A stretch of DNA of 28,374 nt from Clostridia bacterium (GCA_017624795.1 JAGAMJ010000052.1:1-28374); one strand, 5' to 3'; shown: positions 14,921 to 24,159, counted from the first letter of the stretch. Notes: generated from the letters alone by a model not told the origin. Program-made: numbers and translations.

Positions 14921-15639
14921 CTTCTCTCGCGCGAGGACGCGCTCATCGCGATCAGCAAAAGGCGCAGTAAGCTGAGCAGCCCGACGGCAAGTGCCGCCAC
15001 GTAGGTCATTGCCGCAGCGGAAAGCACCTTGCGTGAGCCCCTCAACTGCTCGTTTGTCATCGTGCCAGACCCTTCAAGGCAGCGCAGCGCGCGGCGGCTT
15101 GCGTTAAATTCAACGGGCAGCGTGACAAGCTGAAAAAACACCGAAAGCGAGAAGGCGGCAATACCCGCCAGCATCAACCAGTCGGCAAAGGTCGAAAGCC
15201 CCGCCATCAAAAGCCCGATAAAGAACAAGGGCATGGCAAGGTTGGAGCCGAGATTGCAGACCGGCACAAGCGCAATGCGAAAGCGCAACGGCACGTAGCC
15301 GTGCGCATCCTGCAAGGCGTGCCCCGCCTCGTGCGCGGCAACGCCCACCACCGCCACGTTATTGCCGTGGTAGACCGCCTCGGAAAGGCGCAGCACCTTG
15401 CGGCGCGGATCGTAATGATCGGAAAGATGGCCGCGAACGATCTCAACGGGGATATGGGAAAGCCCGTTTGCGTCCAACATTCGACGCGCCACCGCAGCGC
15501 CCGTCATATACGTGGGCAACAGATCCCTCGTATAGCGGGAAAAGGTGGACTTGACCTTGAACTGCGCCCAAAGCGTCAGCAAGAAGCCCGGAATGACGAT
15601 CAGGATCGTCCAATCGAACCAAAACCAGCCAAACAGCAT
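14917..15639 (-). CDS. Membrane zinc metallopeptidase, YugP/Zn_peptidase_2 family (240 aa)
   Basis: G.LSDHYDP..KVLRLS, VAAHEAGHALQ, TLPVEFNAS.RA, VL.AAA.TYVA. ATGA overlap with rsmB. Confidence 0.92.
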   Translation of the reverse strand: MLFGWFWFDWTILIVIPGFLLTLWAQFKVKSTFSRYTRDLLPTYMTGAAVARRMLDANGLSHIPVEIVRGHLSDHYDPRRKVLRLSEAVYHGNNVAVVGVAAHEAGHALQDAHGYVPLRFRIALVPVCNLGSNLAMPLFFIGLLMAGLSTFADWLMLAGIAAFSLSVFFQLVTLPVEFNASRRALRCLEGSGTMTNEQLRGSRKVLSAAAMTYVAALAVGLLSLLRLLLIAMSASSRERR

Positions 15640-15656
15640 GGTATACCTCTACTTTC

Positions 15657-16595
15657 TTATCCGAGTTTATCGCCCGTACGAAGCCGCCTGCCTCGGATAT
15701 AATCGGCGGCACTCATGCGTCCCTTGCCCTCGGGCAAAACGCGCAAAAGCTCAATGGTCGTGCCCTCTCCGCAAGTGACGGTAACGGTGTCCTCCAACGC
15801 CAAAACAGTGCCAAAATCCACACCGTCAGGTGCCTTTTTGTCACCGACGCGGCTTTCGATCACTTTAAGCAGCTTTCCGTCGGGCGTGTGTGTAAAGGAA
15901 AGCGGAAAGGGGGAAAGCCCACGGATCTGATCGTGCAGCGCCTTCGCGTTTTTGGAAAAATCAAGCACGCAGTCCGCCTTTTCAATCTTGGCGGCATAAG
16001 TGGCAAGGGCATCGTCCTGCGGGATCGCCGTAAGCGTCCCCTCGCGCAAGCGCGCGAGAGTTTGCAGCAGTGCCTCGGCACCCGCCGCACCGAGCTTATC
16101 GTGAATATCCTTAAAATTATCATTTTCACCGATCGGCACCTTGACCGCCACCAGCATATCGCCCGTGTCAAGCCCTGCCGCCATCTGCATGGTGGTGACA
16201 CCCGTTTCGGTCATACCCTCCATGATCGCGCGCTGCATCGGGGCGGCGCCGCGATAGGCGGGCAGCAGCGACCCGTGCACGTTGATGCAGCCGTATTTTG
16301 GCATATCCAGCACCGATTGCGGCAGGATCTTGCCATACGCCACAACGACAATGAGGTCGGGGGCAAGCGCCGCGAGCTCCGCGTCGAATGCGCCGTTTTT
16401 GAAGGTCTGGGGTTGAAAAACAGGGATCCCCTGCTCAATCGCATAGACCTTCACAGGGGGCGGACAAAGCTCGTACCCTCTGCCCTTCGGCTTGTCGGGC
16501 TGCGTTACAGCACCAATGATAGTTTCCCCCGCTTCGACTAGTGCCTTCAAGGAAAAAAGAGCATATTCGGGGGTACCCATAAACAAAATCCGCAC
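15657..16595 (-). CDS. fmt: Methionyl-tRNA formyltransferase (312 aa)
   Basis: GTG start at 16595 with GGAGGA SD. RILFMGTP, VTQPDKPKGRG, VVAYGKILP, INVHGSLLP.YRGAAP, GLDTGDM. Confidence 0.97.
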   Translation of the reverse strand: MRILFMGTPEYALFSLKALVEAGETIIGAVTQPDKPKGRGYELCPPPVKVYAIEQGIPVFQPQTFKNGAFDAELAALAPDLIVVVAYGKILPQSVLDMPKYGCINVHGSLLPAYRGAAPMQRAIMEGMTETGVTTMQMAAGLDTGDMLVAVKVPIGENDNFKDIHDKLGAAGAEALLQTLARLREGTLTAIPQDDALATYAAKIEKADCVLDFSKNAKALHDQIRGLSPFPLSFTHTPDGKLLKVIESRVGDKKAPDGVDFGTVLALEDTVTVTCGEGTTIELLRVLPEGKGRMSAADYIRGRRLRTGDKLG

Positions 16596-16599
16596 GATG

Positions 16600-17052
16600 T
16601 CAATCCTCCATATAGGTGGCACGATCCACATAGAGCTTGCCGTCCAGATGATCCAGCTCGTGGCAAAACGCCCGTGCCAGAAGATCCGAGCCGCTCATTT
16701 CAAACACCTCGCCGTGGCGGTTGGTCGCCCGCACCGTTACGTGCCGCGGGCGCTTGACGACGCCTTGGCGTCCCGGAACGGAAAGGCAGCCCTCGGGTCC
16801 CTCCTGCTCACCCGCGGTGGCGATGATCTTGGGATTGATCAGCTCGATCACCTTTCCCTGCTCGACCTCGATCACCACGATGCGGCGTAAGATCCCCACC
16901 TGGGGTGCCGCAAGTCCGCAGCCGTCGGCGGCACGCATCGTTTCGGTCATATCGTCAAGCAGCGTCAGAATACGGGGGGTGATCTCCTCAACGGGGCGGC
17001 AGACCTTGCGCAGCACCTCGTCCCCTATCTTGCGAATTTGTAATTTAGCCAT
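16600..17052 (-). CDS. def: Peptide deformylase (150 aa)
   Basis: Motifs GCGLAAPQVG, EGCLSVP, HELDHLDG. Confidence 0.97.
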   Translation of the reverse strand: MAKLQIRKIGDEVLRKVCRPVEEITPRILTLLDDMTETMRAADGCGLAAPQVGILRRIVVIEVEQGKVIELINPKIIATAGEQEGPEGCLSVPGRQGVVKRPRHVTVRATNRHGEVFEMSGSDLLARAFCHELDHLDGKLYVDRATYMED

Positions 17053-17093
17053 AGCTCCTCCTTGGTTTCACTCACCTATGTTATGCACGTCCG

Positions 17094-19574
17094 TCAAAGC
17101 GCGGACGGATTGAAATCGACCGACAAAAGCGGCACGCCGTTCCCCTGCTTTTGGAATACCGAAAGGATCTCGGCAAACAGTGCCCGCGTGCGCTTTGTAA
17201 GCTTGCATTTGATCACCATGCGCATACGGTACTGACCGTCGGCACGGTAAACGGGGGCTTCAAACGGTCCGAAGGCGATCAGCTTCACGTCGCTGTACGT
17301 TCCCGCAACGCGTCGGGCAAGCTCGTCGGAAAGCGCCTTTGCCGCAAGCATCAGCTCGCGCTCGTCCCTGTGCGAGAGCGTGAGCAGCGCGATATCGCAA
17401 AAGGGCGGAAAAACAAGCAGCCGCCGCAATTTGATCTCGCGCTCGTAAAAGGTTTCGTAATCCTGCTGACAGGAAAGACGGATCACGTCGTGATCGGGAT
17501 TGCAGGTCTGAATGACCGCAACGCCCTTCTTTTGTGCGCGCCCTGCCCTGCCGATCACCTGCGTGAGCATTGAGAAGGTGCGCTCCGAGGCGCGGTAGTC
17601 GTCCAGATAGAGCGACGCGTCCGCCATCAGCACACCCACCAGCGTCACGTCCGGGAAATCGTGCCCCTTGGTCACCATCTGCGTGCCGAGCAGCACGTCC
17701 GCCTCGTGACGGCGGAAGGCGCCAAGCAGCTCGTCGTAGGAAAAACGCGTGCCCGTGGTGTCGGTATCCATACGCAGCACCTTGGCGTCTGTAAGCAGCT
17801 CGCCAAGCTCCTGCTCGACGCGCTGCGTGCCGTAGCCCAGCCGCGCGAGATGCTCCGAGCCGCAGGAGGGACAAAGCCGCGGCAGTGGCTGCCGTCTGCC
17901 GCAGATATGGCAGACCATATACCCGTCCTCATACGTGCCCTTTTTCACGTGATACGTCAGCGACACGCTGCAAGACGGACACGTCACCGCCTTGCCGCAG
18001 GAACGGCAGGACACCACGTGATTGTAGCCCCTGCGATTGAGGAACAGGATCGCCTGCTCGCCTGCCGACACGTTGCGCTTCAATGCCTCGGTCAGCTGTG
18101 CGCCAAGCGGGGAAAGGTTTCCTCCGCCCGGCTCGCCGCGCATATCGGCGATCTGCACCTCGGGCAGCTGTGCGCCCGCGTGGCGGTGCTTTAATTTGAG
18201 CAGGGTATAGCGCCCCTCGGTGGCGCGCTGATAGCTTTCCAGCGACGGGGTGGCAGAGCACATCAGCAGCGTCGCCTTATGATGCGCGCAGCGGAAGCGC
18301 GCCACGTCCCGCGCGTGGTATTTGGGGTTCATATCCGATTTATAGGTGTGCTCGTGCTCCTCGTCCATCACGATCAGCCCAAGGTTCTTCACGGGTGCAA
18401 AAACCGCGGAACGGGTACCAACGACCACGTCCGCCTCGCCCGCCAGAACGCGGTGATAGGTATCCATACGCTCACCGGGATTCAGTGCCGAGTGCATCAC
18501 GGCAACGCGGTTGCCGTAGCGCGAGCAAAAGATCGAAAGCGATTGCGGCGTGAGCGCGATCTCGGGCAGCAGTACGATCACACCTCGCCCGCGTTTCAGC
18601 ATCTCGTCAATGGTGCGCAGCATCACGCAGGTCTTGCCGCTGCCCGTCACGCCGTGCAGCAGCACGCCGTGGGGCTCGCCGTCGCCCGCAAGGCGTTCCA
18701 GCTTGTCAAACGCCGCCTGCTGCTCCTCATTGAGAACCAGCGCATCGGGGGTAGCGTCCCCCTCGGGGACGGCATAGGGGTTTCGATAGCAGCGCTCGGC
18801 GCGTCTTTCGATCAGTCCGTGCGCCAGCAGCGCGTCGGTCTGCTGCTTTCCGCAGCCCTTTTGCCGCAGCAGCTCTGCCGTGATCTCACCCTCCAACAAA
18901 AGAGAGAGCGCCGTCCTTTGCTTTTCGCCAAGTCGGGGCTTTTTCAAGCTGCCCGCGATCAGCGCCTCGGCGACCTCGCGCGACACGGCAAGCGAGAAAT
19001 ACACGCTCTCGCGCTCTGCCATGGCGTTTTTTTCGGCAAGCTCTCTTGCAACAAGGCGCAAGCGGCACAAATGGGCAAGATCTTTCTCGGTTTCGGCGCC
19101 AAATCGGTTTTTCAGGGCATCGGCGCTCGCTTTCCCGACCTTGTCAAGATGCGAGAGCAAAAAAGCTTCGCTGACCGACAGCTTTCGCACGTCCCCCACC
19201 GCCCTGTCGGTGCGGCGGTATTGCTCGGTAAGCCCGGACAGCGCCCCCGACGGGATCATCGCGTGGACCGCGTCACCCGTGGTGCAAAGCGTCTGCTCGC
19301 GCAAAAAGTCGACCAAACCCAGCATTTCCGAAGAAAGAGAGATGCGCGGCGTTGTGACCGAGTGAATGGGCTTGGTAACGGCAAGCGCGGGATCGCGCTC
19401 GGTCTGTGCGACGACCAGCCCCATGCGGCGGCGGTTTCCGCCACCAAAGGGCACGGTCACAAAGCTGCCGGGGCGCACCTCGCCCGAAAGCTCCTGTGGC
19501 ACGCTGTAATCATATTCTTTATCCAAAAAAAGGGGGGCGTCCAGCAGTCTGACCTTTACATAGCGTTCCTGCAT
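17094..19574 (-). CDS. priA: Primosomal protein N' (826 aa)
   Basis: N-terminal 3'-binding domain, LLHGVTGSGKT, PEIALTPQ, VGTRSAVFAP, DEEHE..YK, FLNRRGY, four CxxC, GTQMVTKGHDFP.VTLV, QV.GRAGR. Confidence 0.97.
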   Translation of the reverse strand: MQERYVKVRLLDAPLFLDKEYDYSVPQELSGEVRPGSFVTVPFGGGNRRRMGLVVAQTERDPALAVTKPIHSVTTPRISLSSEMLGLVDFLREQTLCTTGDAVHAMIPSGALSGLTEQYRRTDRAVGDVRKLSVSEAFLLSHLDKVGKASADALKNRFGAETEKDLAHLCRLRLVARELAEKNAMAERESVYFSLAVSREVAEALIAGSLKKPRLGEKQRTALSLLLEGEITAELLRQKGCGKQQTDALLAHGLIERRAERCYRNPYAVPEGDATPDALVLNEEQQAAFDKLERLAGDGEPHGVLLHGVTGSGKTCVMLRTIDEMLKRGRGVIVLLPEIALTPQSLSIFCSRYGNRVAVMHSALNPGERMDTYHRVLAGEADVVVGTRSAVFAPVKNLGLIVMDEEHEHTYKSDMNPKYHARDVARFRCAHHKATLLMCSATPSLESYQRATEGRYTLLKLKHRHAGAQLPEVQIADMRGEPGGGNLSPLGAQLTEALKRNVSAGEQAILFLNRRGYNHVVSCRSCGKAVTCPSCSVSLTYHVKKGTYEDGYMVCHICGRRQPLPRLCPSCGSEHLARLGYGTQRVEQELGELLTDAKVLRMDTDTTGTRFSYDELLGAFRRHEADVLLGTQMVTKGHDFPDVTLVGVLMADASLYLDDYRASERTFSMLTQVIGRAGRAQKKGVAVIQTCNPDHDVIRLSCQQDYETFYEREIKLRRLLVFPPFCDIALLTLSHRDERELMLAAKALSDELARRVAGTYSDVKLIAFGPFEAPVYRADGQYRMRMVIKCKLTKRTRALFAEILSVFQKQGNGVPLLSVDFNPSAL

Positions 19575-19638
19575 GGTATTTCCCCCCTTTTTTTACAGTC
19601 GATCGGTCAAATGACCTTTTTCAAGCGTATCTGCCCCG

Positions 19639-19938
19639 TCAATCCTCGATCAGGATCTCGTCCTCTTGCACCTCGGGCGCGTCCACGATCTCGTACTCGC
19701 CCTTGTGAATGCTGTTGATGGCGTTCTTCACCGCCTTCTCGTTTGCAAGCGCAGGATCGATCATCGACGCGATGGTGGAGGACGAGCCCTCCTTCGTGCC
19801 GGTCAGCGCGCTTTCTGCCGCAGAGCGCTGCTTGACGTATTCATCGGTGATCAGTCGCGCGCACTTTGCGGTCGCGATTGCAAGCTGATAGCGGTTGTAA
19901 TTGCCCTTCGTCAATTCCTGAATGGTGGGATAGATCAT
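19639..19938 (-). CDS. rpoZ: RNA polymerase omega subunit (99 aa)
   Basis: MIYPTI.EL....NRYQL.IATAK.AR.I...KAV..AI..I..G; position between gmk and priA. Confidence 0.9.
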   Translation of the reverse strand: MIYPTIQELTKGNYNRYQLAIATAKCARLITDEYVKQRSAAESALTGTKEGSSSTIASMIDPALANEKAVKNAINSIHKGEYEIVDAPEVQEDEILIED

Positions 19939-19991
19939 GTTCTCATTACTCCTTTTATGTCGATAATATATTTTTTTACAAACGGGTGATT

Positions 19992-20612
19992 TTATTCGGC
20001 GCTTCCGAAATACGAGCCGGCGACGTCACCCTGACGCCGTACGGCGCACTCCTCGGCGCGCACGATGGCGCGGATATCCTCCGCGGTCTTATCCGCCATA
20101 CCGTCGTGATTGTAGACCACGTAGTCGTAATCCCCCACGTGGGTGATCTCGTTTTTGGTCTGTGCAAGCCGCGCAAGGATCTTTTCCTCGCTTTCGGTGC
20201 CGCGTCCGCGAAGGCGTGCCTCCTGTACGGCAAAGGACGGGGGCAGCAGCATAATGGTCACCGCCTGCGGGTAGACCTTTTTGACGTTGCAAGCACCCTC
20301 GACCTCGATTTCAAGCAAGAGGTTGCAGCCGCTTGCAAGCACCTCCTCGGCTTCCTTTTTGGGCGTGCCGTAGTAGTTGCCGCAATACTCGGTCCATTCC
20401 AGCATTTCCCCCTTTTCGATCCGCGCTTCAAACGCTTCTCTTGTGAGGAAATGATAGTTGACACCGTCCACCTCGCCCGGGCGCGGCGCACGGGTGGTCG
20501 CCGATACCGAGTATCGGTAGTTTTTATCCTTGATCAGATCGGAAAGCACCGTGCCCTTGCCGCTGCCGGCAGGACCCGATACCACGATCAGCAGTCCGTT
20601 CTTGTGTTCCAT
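19992..20612 (-). CDS. gmk: Guanylate kinase (206 aa)
   Basis: GLLIVVSGPAGSGKGT, YSVSATTRAPRPGEVDGVNYHF, YYGTP, LEIEVEGA, LRGRGTE. Confidence 0.97.
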   Translation of the reverse strand: MEHKNGLLIVVSGPAGSGKGTVLSDLIKDKNYRYSVSATTRAPRPGEVDGVNYHFLTREAFEARIEKGEMLEWTEYCGNYYGTPKKEAEEVLASGCNLLLEIEVEGACNVKKVYPQAVTIMLLPPSFAVQEARLRGRGTESEEKILARLAQTKNEITHVGDYDYVVYNHDGMADKTAEDIRAIVRAEECAVRRQGDVAGSYFGSAE

Positions 20613-20633
20613 TTTTGTTCAAAAAGGAAGCCG

Positions 20634-20912
20634 TCAGGGCTCCTGTGCCTCCTCGTCGTCGTCAGCGTCCTCCAGCGTATCGTCATCCAGACGGTTGGCG
20701 ATGGTTTCCGCCTGAATGGCGGAAAGGATCACGTGCTCGCTGTCGGTGATGATCACCGCACGCGTGCGGCGTCCGCAGGTCACGTCAATGGTACGGCCGT
20801 CGTCCTTGGCGTCCTGGATCAAACGCTTGATGGGGGCGGAATCCGAGCTGACCAGCGCCACGATGCGGTCCACTGCCACCATATTACCAAAGCCGATGTT
20901 GATGAATTTCAT
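20634..20912 (-). CDS. remA: RemA/DUF370 family regulatory protein (92 aa)
   Basis: [27 protein letters not shown]......[26 protein letters not shown]...R. AGAGGT SD before ATG 20912. Confidence 0.95.
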   Translation of the reverse strand: MKFINIGFGNMVAVDRIVALVSSDSAPIKRLIQDAKDDGRTIDVTCGRRTRAVIITDSEHVILSAIQAETIANRLDDDTLEDADDDEEAQEP

Positions 20913-20924
20913 TGTTTGCACCTC

Positions 20925-21812
20925 TTATTCAATGTTCTGTATCTGCTCGCGGATCTTTTCCAGCGTGCATTTGATCTCAACCACTTCAAGCGCCACCGCG
21001 GCATCAAGACATTTTGAGCCGATGGTGTTTGCTTCGCGGTTCATTTCCTGCATCAGAAAGTCAAGCTTTCTGCCCGTTCCCTCGCCCTTTGCCATTTCCT
21101 CAAAGGAGTCAAGATGGGACGAAAGGCGCACCACCTCCTCGTCAATGGCGATGCGATCCGCATAGACCGCACATTCGGTGAGGAGCCGCCCTTCATCGGG
21201 GGTGTAGCCGCTCTCGGCAAGCGCTTCGCGCATGCGGGCGGTCAGACGCTCGCGATAACGCGCGACGTCCCCCGACGCGATCCCCTTGATCCGTTCAAGG
21301 GCTTCGCGAATGCTTTGTAATTTTTCCCGAATATCGGCTTCAAGCCGCTTGCCCTCTGCCTCGCGGGCAAGCAAAAAGCCGTCGGTCGCAGCTTCAAGCG
21401 CTTCAAGGACGTGCGTCCAAAGAAGCTCAACGTCAAGCTCGTTGCCCTCCTTCACGAACAGCTCCTCGCGCTGTGCCAGCTGCATCACGCTGATGTCGTC
21501 GGCAACCCCGAACTCATCGCGCAGGGCGCGCAACGCCGCGATGTATTCGGCTGCCGCCTTGCGGTCAAGGGCAAGCGCCCCCTCCCGGTCGCCGTTCAGA
21601 TCGGCGCTCACCGTGACGTCAACCTTGCCCCGCAGAATCCCACGGGATTGCAGATAGGGCTTCACGCGCGGTTCAAGTGCGCCAAGCGTGCGGGGGATAC
21701 GCACGCCGCAATCAAGGAATCGGCTGTTGACCGACCGAAGCTCCACCGTCACGCTTCCGCCGTCAAAGACCGCCTCGGCGCGACCAAAGCCCGTCATGCT
21801 TTTCATCTGCAT
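20925..21812 (-). CDS. yloC: YicC/YloC family endoribonuclease (295 aa)
   Basis: MKSMTGFGRA, ELRSVNSRFLD, RGKVDV, R..EG..L, D...I.EE.VRL.SH, GRKLDFL.QEMNREANTIGSK, EKIREQIQNIE. Confidence 0.96.
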   Translation of the reverse strand: MQMKSMTGFGRAEAVFDGGSVTVELRSVNSRFLDCGVRIPRTLGALEPRVKPYLQSRGILRGKVDVTVSADLNGDREGALALDRKAAAEYIAALRALRDEFGVADDISVMQLAQREELFVKEGNELDVELLWTHVLEALEAATDGFLLAREAEGKRLEADIREKLQSIREALERIKGIASGDVARYRERLTARMREALAESGYTPDEGRLLTECAVYADRIAIDEEVVRLSSHLDSFEEMAKGEGTGRKLDFLMQEMNREANTIGSKCLDAAVALEVVEIKCTLEKIREQIQNIE

Positions 21813-21850
21813 TTCCCCTCCTGCCTCTATTCGATAAATATACAGGTTAT

Positions 21851-21879
21851 ATTATAATATAAAAAAAACGGTTTGTCAA
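21851..21879 (-). promoter_or_regulatory. Consensus sigmaA promoter heading the yloC...thiN superoperon
   Basis: TTGACA (21879-21874)-17-TATAAT (21856-21851). Confidence 0.8.
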
Positions 21880-21942
21880 CGCATCAGGGGAAACTTTTAA
21901 AGAAAAATTTACCGCCTTTTTCAAGAAAATTCGCAAAACCCC

Positions 21943-21971
21943 TTGCAAAGTACGCCATAATATAGTAAAAT
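21943..21971 (+). promoter_or_regulatory. sigmaA promoter for efp
   Basis: TTGCAA (21943-21948)-17-TAAAAT (21966-21971). Confidence 0.6.
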
Positions 21972-22040
21972 ATATTGTGAATAAGCGGGCGCACCGTCGC
22001 CCCTATATCGGATAGATTATAATTCGGAGGTATAACACAC

Positions 22041-22601
22041 ATGGTAGTAGCAGGCGATTTTAAGAACGGTATCACGTTTGACGACGGTCAGGGCAACGTA
22101 TTGCAGGTCGTTGAGTTCCAGCACGTTAAGCCCGGCAAGGGTGCCGCTTTCGTGCGCACCAAGCTCAAAAACGTCATCACGGGCGCGGTCATCGAAAAGA
22201 CCTTCAACCCCACCGATAAGTTCGAGAACGCGTATATCGAGCGCAAGGATATGCAGTATTCCTACAACGACGGCGATCTGTATTATTTTATGGATATGGA
22301 AAGCTTCGATATGCTGCCGTTGAACAGCGACAAGCTGCCCGACAGCTTCAAGTTCGTCAAAGAGGAAATGATGTGCAAGATCGTATCCTACAAGGGCAAC
22401 GTCTTTGGCGTAGAGCCCCCCACATTCGTTGAGCTCGCTGTTTCGCAGACCGACCCCGGCTTTGCAGGCAACACCGCCACCAACACCTTGAAGCCCGCCA
22501 CCCTGGAAACCGGCGCCGAGATCAAGGTTCCCCTGTTTATCAACGAGGGCGACGTGTTGAAGATCGACACCCGTACGGGCGAGTACCTCTCCCGCGCATA
22601 A
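22041..22601 (+). CDS. efp: Translation elongation factor P (186 aa)
   Basis: [35 protein letters not shown]....[16 protein letters not shown].....[10 protein letters not shown]. Confidence 0.97.
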   Translation: MVVAGDFKNGITFDDGQGNVLQVVEFQHVKPGKGAAFVRTKLKNVITGAVIEKTFNPTDKFENAYIERKDMQYSYNDGDLYYFMDMESFDMLPLNSDKLPDSFKFVKEEMMCKIVSYKGNVFGVEPPTFVELAVSQTDPGFAGNTATNTLKPATLETGAEIKVPLFINEGDVLKIDTRTGEYLSRA

Positions 22602-22623
22602 TCAAATCATAAGGAGAAGCGCT

Positions 22624-23034
22624 ATGAAAATGACTGAAAAAGCTGCATACTTGAAGGGCCTTGCAGACGGTCTGGATTACGATAAGACCACCAAGGAGGG
22701 CAAGCTGATCGCAGCGCTCCTCGATGTGGTCGACGCCCTTGCCGAGAAGGTCGACGGACTGGACTATGACGTGCAGGAGCTGAACGACTACGTTGAGGAG
22801 CTGGACGAGGATCTGGGCGACGTTGAGGAGCTTCTTTACGACGACGAGGACGAGGATTACTGCGACGGCGATTGTGACGGCTGCGACGGCTGTGACGATT
22901 ACGACATGGAGGACACCTTCGAGGTAGAATGCCCCAAGTGCGGCGACACCATCTGCTTTGATGAGAGCATCGATCCCGAAAACCTCATCTGCCCCGCCTG
23001 CGGTGAAAAGATCACCTGCAAGTGCGAGGAATAA
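22624..23034 (+). CDS. CD1247-like protein with C-terminal zinc ribbon (136 aa)
   Basis: EK.AYLKGL.DGL......KEGKLI...LD, D..ELD EDL..VE, CPKC...CPAC ribbon; directly after efp, as is usual in Clostridia. Confidence 0.88.
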   Translation: MKMTEKAAYLKGLADGLDYDKTTKEGKLIAALLDVVDALAEKVDGLDYDVQELNDYVEELDEDLGDVEELLYDDEDEDYCDGDCDGCDGCDDYDMEDTFEVECPKCGDTICFDESIDPENLICPACGEKITCKCEE

Positions 23035-23052
23035 TGCATTAAAACAGGAAAA

Positions 23053-23100
23053 CCCTGTACCGTTTGGCGATTTTCGTGCCAAACGGTACAGGGCTTTTTT
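23053..23100 (+). terminator. Intrinsic terminator after the efp-CD1247 unit
   Basis: 16-bp stem ccctgtaccgtttggc / gccaaacggtacaggg followed by T6. Confidence 0.88.
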
Positions 23101-23113
23101 ATTTTTACTTAAA

Positions 23114-23303
23114 CGCCATGTCGCGCCAACGCCCCCTGCTCCGACAAAAAGCAAGCCAGATTATGGCGCTCAATCTCGCCAAGGCGAGATAGTGAAGTTT
23201 GCTGCGCAAACATTCACCGGAGCAGGCGGACGATGCGTAGCTGATCTACGTCAAGTTCGTCTGCGAGGAGCAACGACGTATGGCGCCGCTTATTGTCGGA
23301 GCA
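23114..23303. other. Structured intergenic element (hairpin cluster; REP-like or ncRNA candidate)
   Basis: Hairpins atctcgcc/ggcgagat, gtgaa-gtttg/caaac-ttcac and cgtag/ctacg. Longer-range pairings ctgctcc/ggagcag and cgccat/atggcg. Confidence 0.4.
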
Positions 23304-24000
23304 AGTCCTTGACGATCTCGGCGGCGATCACTAGCCCCGCCGCCGCGGGCACAAAGGAAATGCTGCCCGGCGCGTGTCTGCCGTGCTCGGCAGGGACTGT
23401 CACCCTGATGGGCGGCTCGGACGACCACAAGACCTTGACCTTTTTGATCCCTTCCTTGCGGCAAAGGCCTCTAACGGTACGCGCAAGCGGACAGATCGAG
23501 GTCTTTTCAAGGTCGCTCACGCGAAGACGGGTGGGATCCAGCTTGTTGCCCGTTCCCATACAGGAAAGAATGGGCACGCCCGCCGCTTTGCTACGGCGGA
23601 TCAGCTCCATTTTTGCAGACACGGTATCCACGGCGTCCACAATATAGTCATATACCGAAAGGTCGACCTCGTCGGCATTTTCGGGCAGATAAAACAAATG
23701 GTGTGCCTCGATCTTCACGTCGGGATTGATGTCCCTTGCGCGCGCCGCCGCCACGTCGGTCTTGTACTGCCCCACGGTGCTGTGCAAAGCGATGATCTGA
23801 CGGTTCAGATTTGTCACGCTGACGGTATCGGGATCAAAAAGATCCAACGCGCCAACGCCTGCGCGCACCAGCGCCTCGACCACGTATCCGCCGACACCGC
23901 CAACGCCAAATACCGCCACACGGGTGGCGGAAAGTCGCTCTATTCCCTCTTTGCCGATGAGCAGCGCCGTGCGCCCACTCCATACCTCACGCTCTGCCAT
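23290..24000 (-). CDS. tcdA: tRNA threonylcarbamoyladenosine dehydratase, ThiF family (236 aa)
   Basis: R..LLIG.EG..RL....VAVFGVGGVG....EAL.RAGVG, D.D.V...NLNRQI.AL.STVG..K, YDYIVDA.D, SCMGTGNKLDPT, CPLAR. AAGGAG SD before ATG 24000. Confidence 0.93.
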   Translation of the reverse strand: MAEREVWSGRTALLIGKEGIERLSATRVAVFGVGGVGGYVVEALVRAGVGALDLFDPDTVSVTNLNRQIIALHSTVGQYKTDVAAARARDINPDVKIEAHHLFYLPENADEVDLSVYDYIVDAVDTVSAKMELIRRSKAAGVPILSCMGTGNKLDPTRLRVSDLEKTSICPLARTVRGLCRKEGIKKVKVLWSSEPPIRVTVPAEHGRHAPGSISFVPAAAGLVIAAEIVKDLLRQ

Positions 24001-24030
24001 AGAAGCTCCTTGTCTTGGTTTGTTGCGTCC

Positions 24031-24060
24031 ATTATACCAATTTTTCAAAACGCTTGTCAA
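24031..24060 (-). promoter_or_regulatory. sigmaA promoter for tcdA
   Basis: TTGACA (24060-24055)-18-TATAAT (24036-24031) with an extended TG. Confidence 0.7.
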
Positions 24061-24110
24061 GCCCTATTGCGCGCGGCGCCCTTTTCCTGCATTTTCCCGT
24101 CCCGTTCACC

Positions 24111-24159
24111 TTGACACTGTTTTTTGAATATGTTAATATAAATATAGAAAATATGTTTG
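24111..24159 (+). promoter_or_regulatory. sigmaA promoter for DUF2974-GNAT-dinB with a LexA-like box at the start site
   Basis: TTGACA (24111-24116)-17-TAATAT (24134-24139) with an extended TG. AGAAAATATGTTTG (24146-24159) has one core mismatch to GAAC-RNRY-GTTY. Confidence 0.55.
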
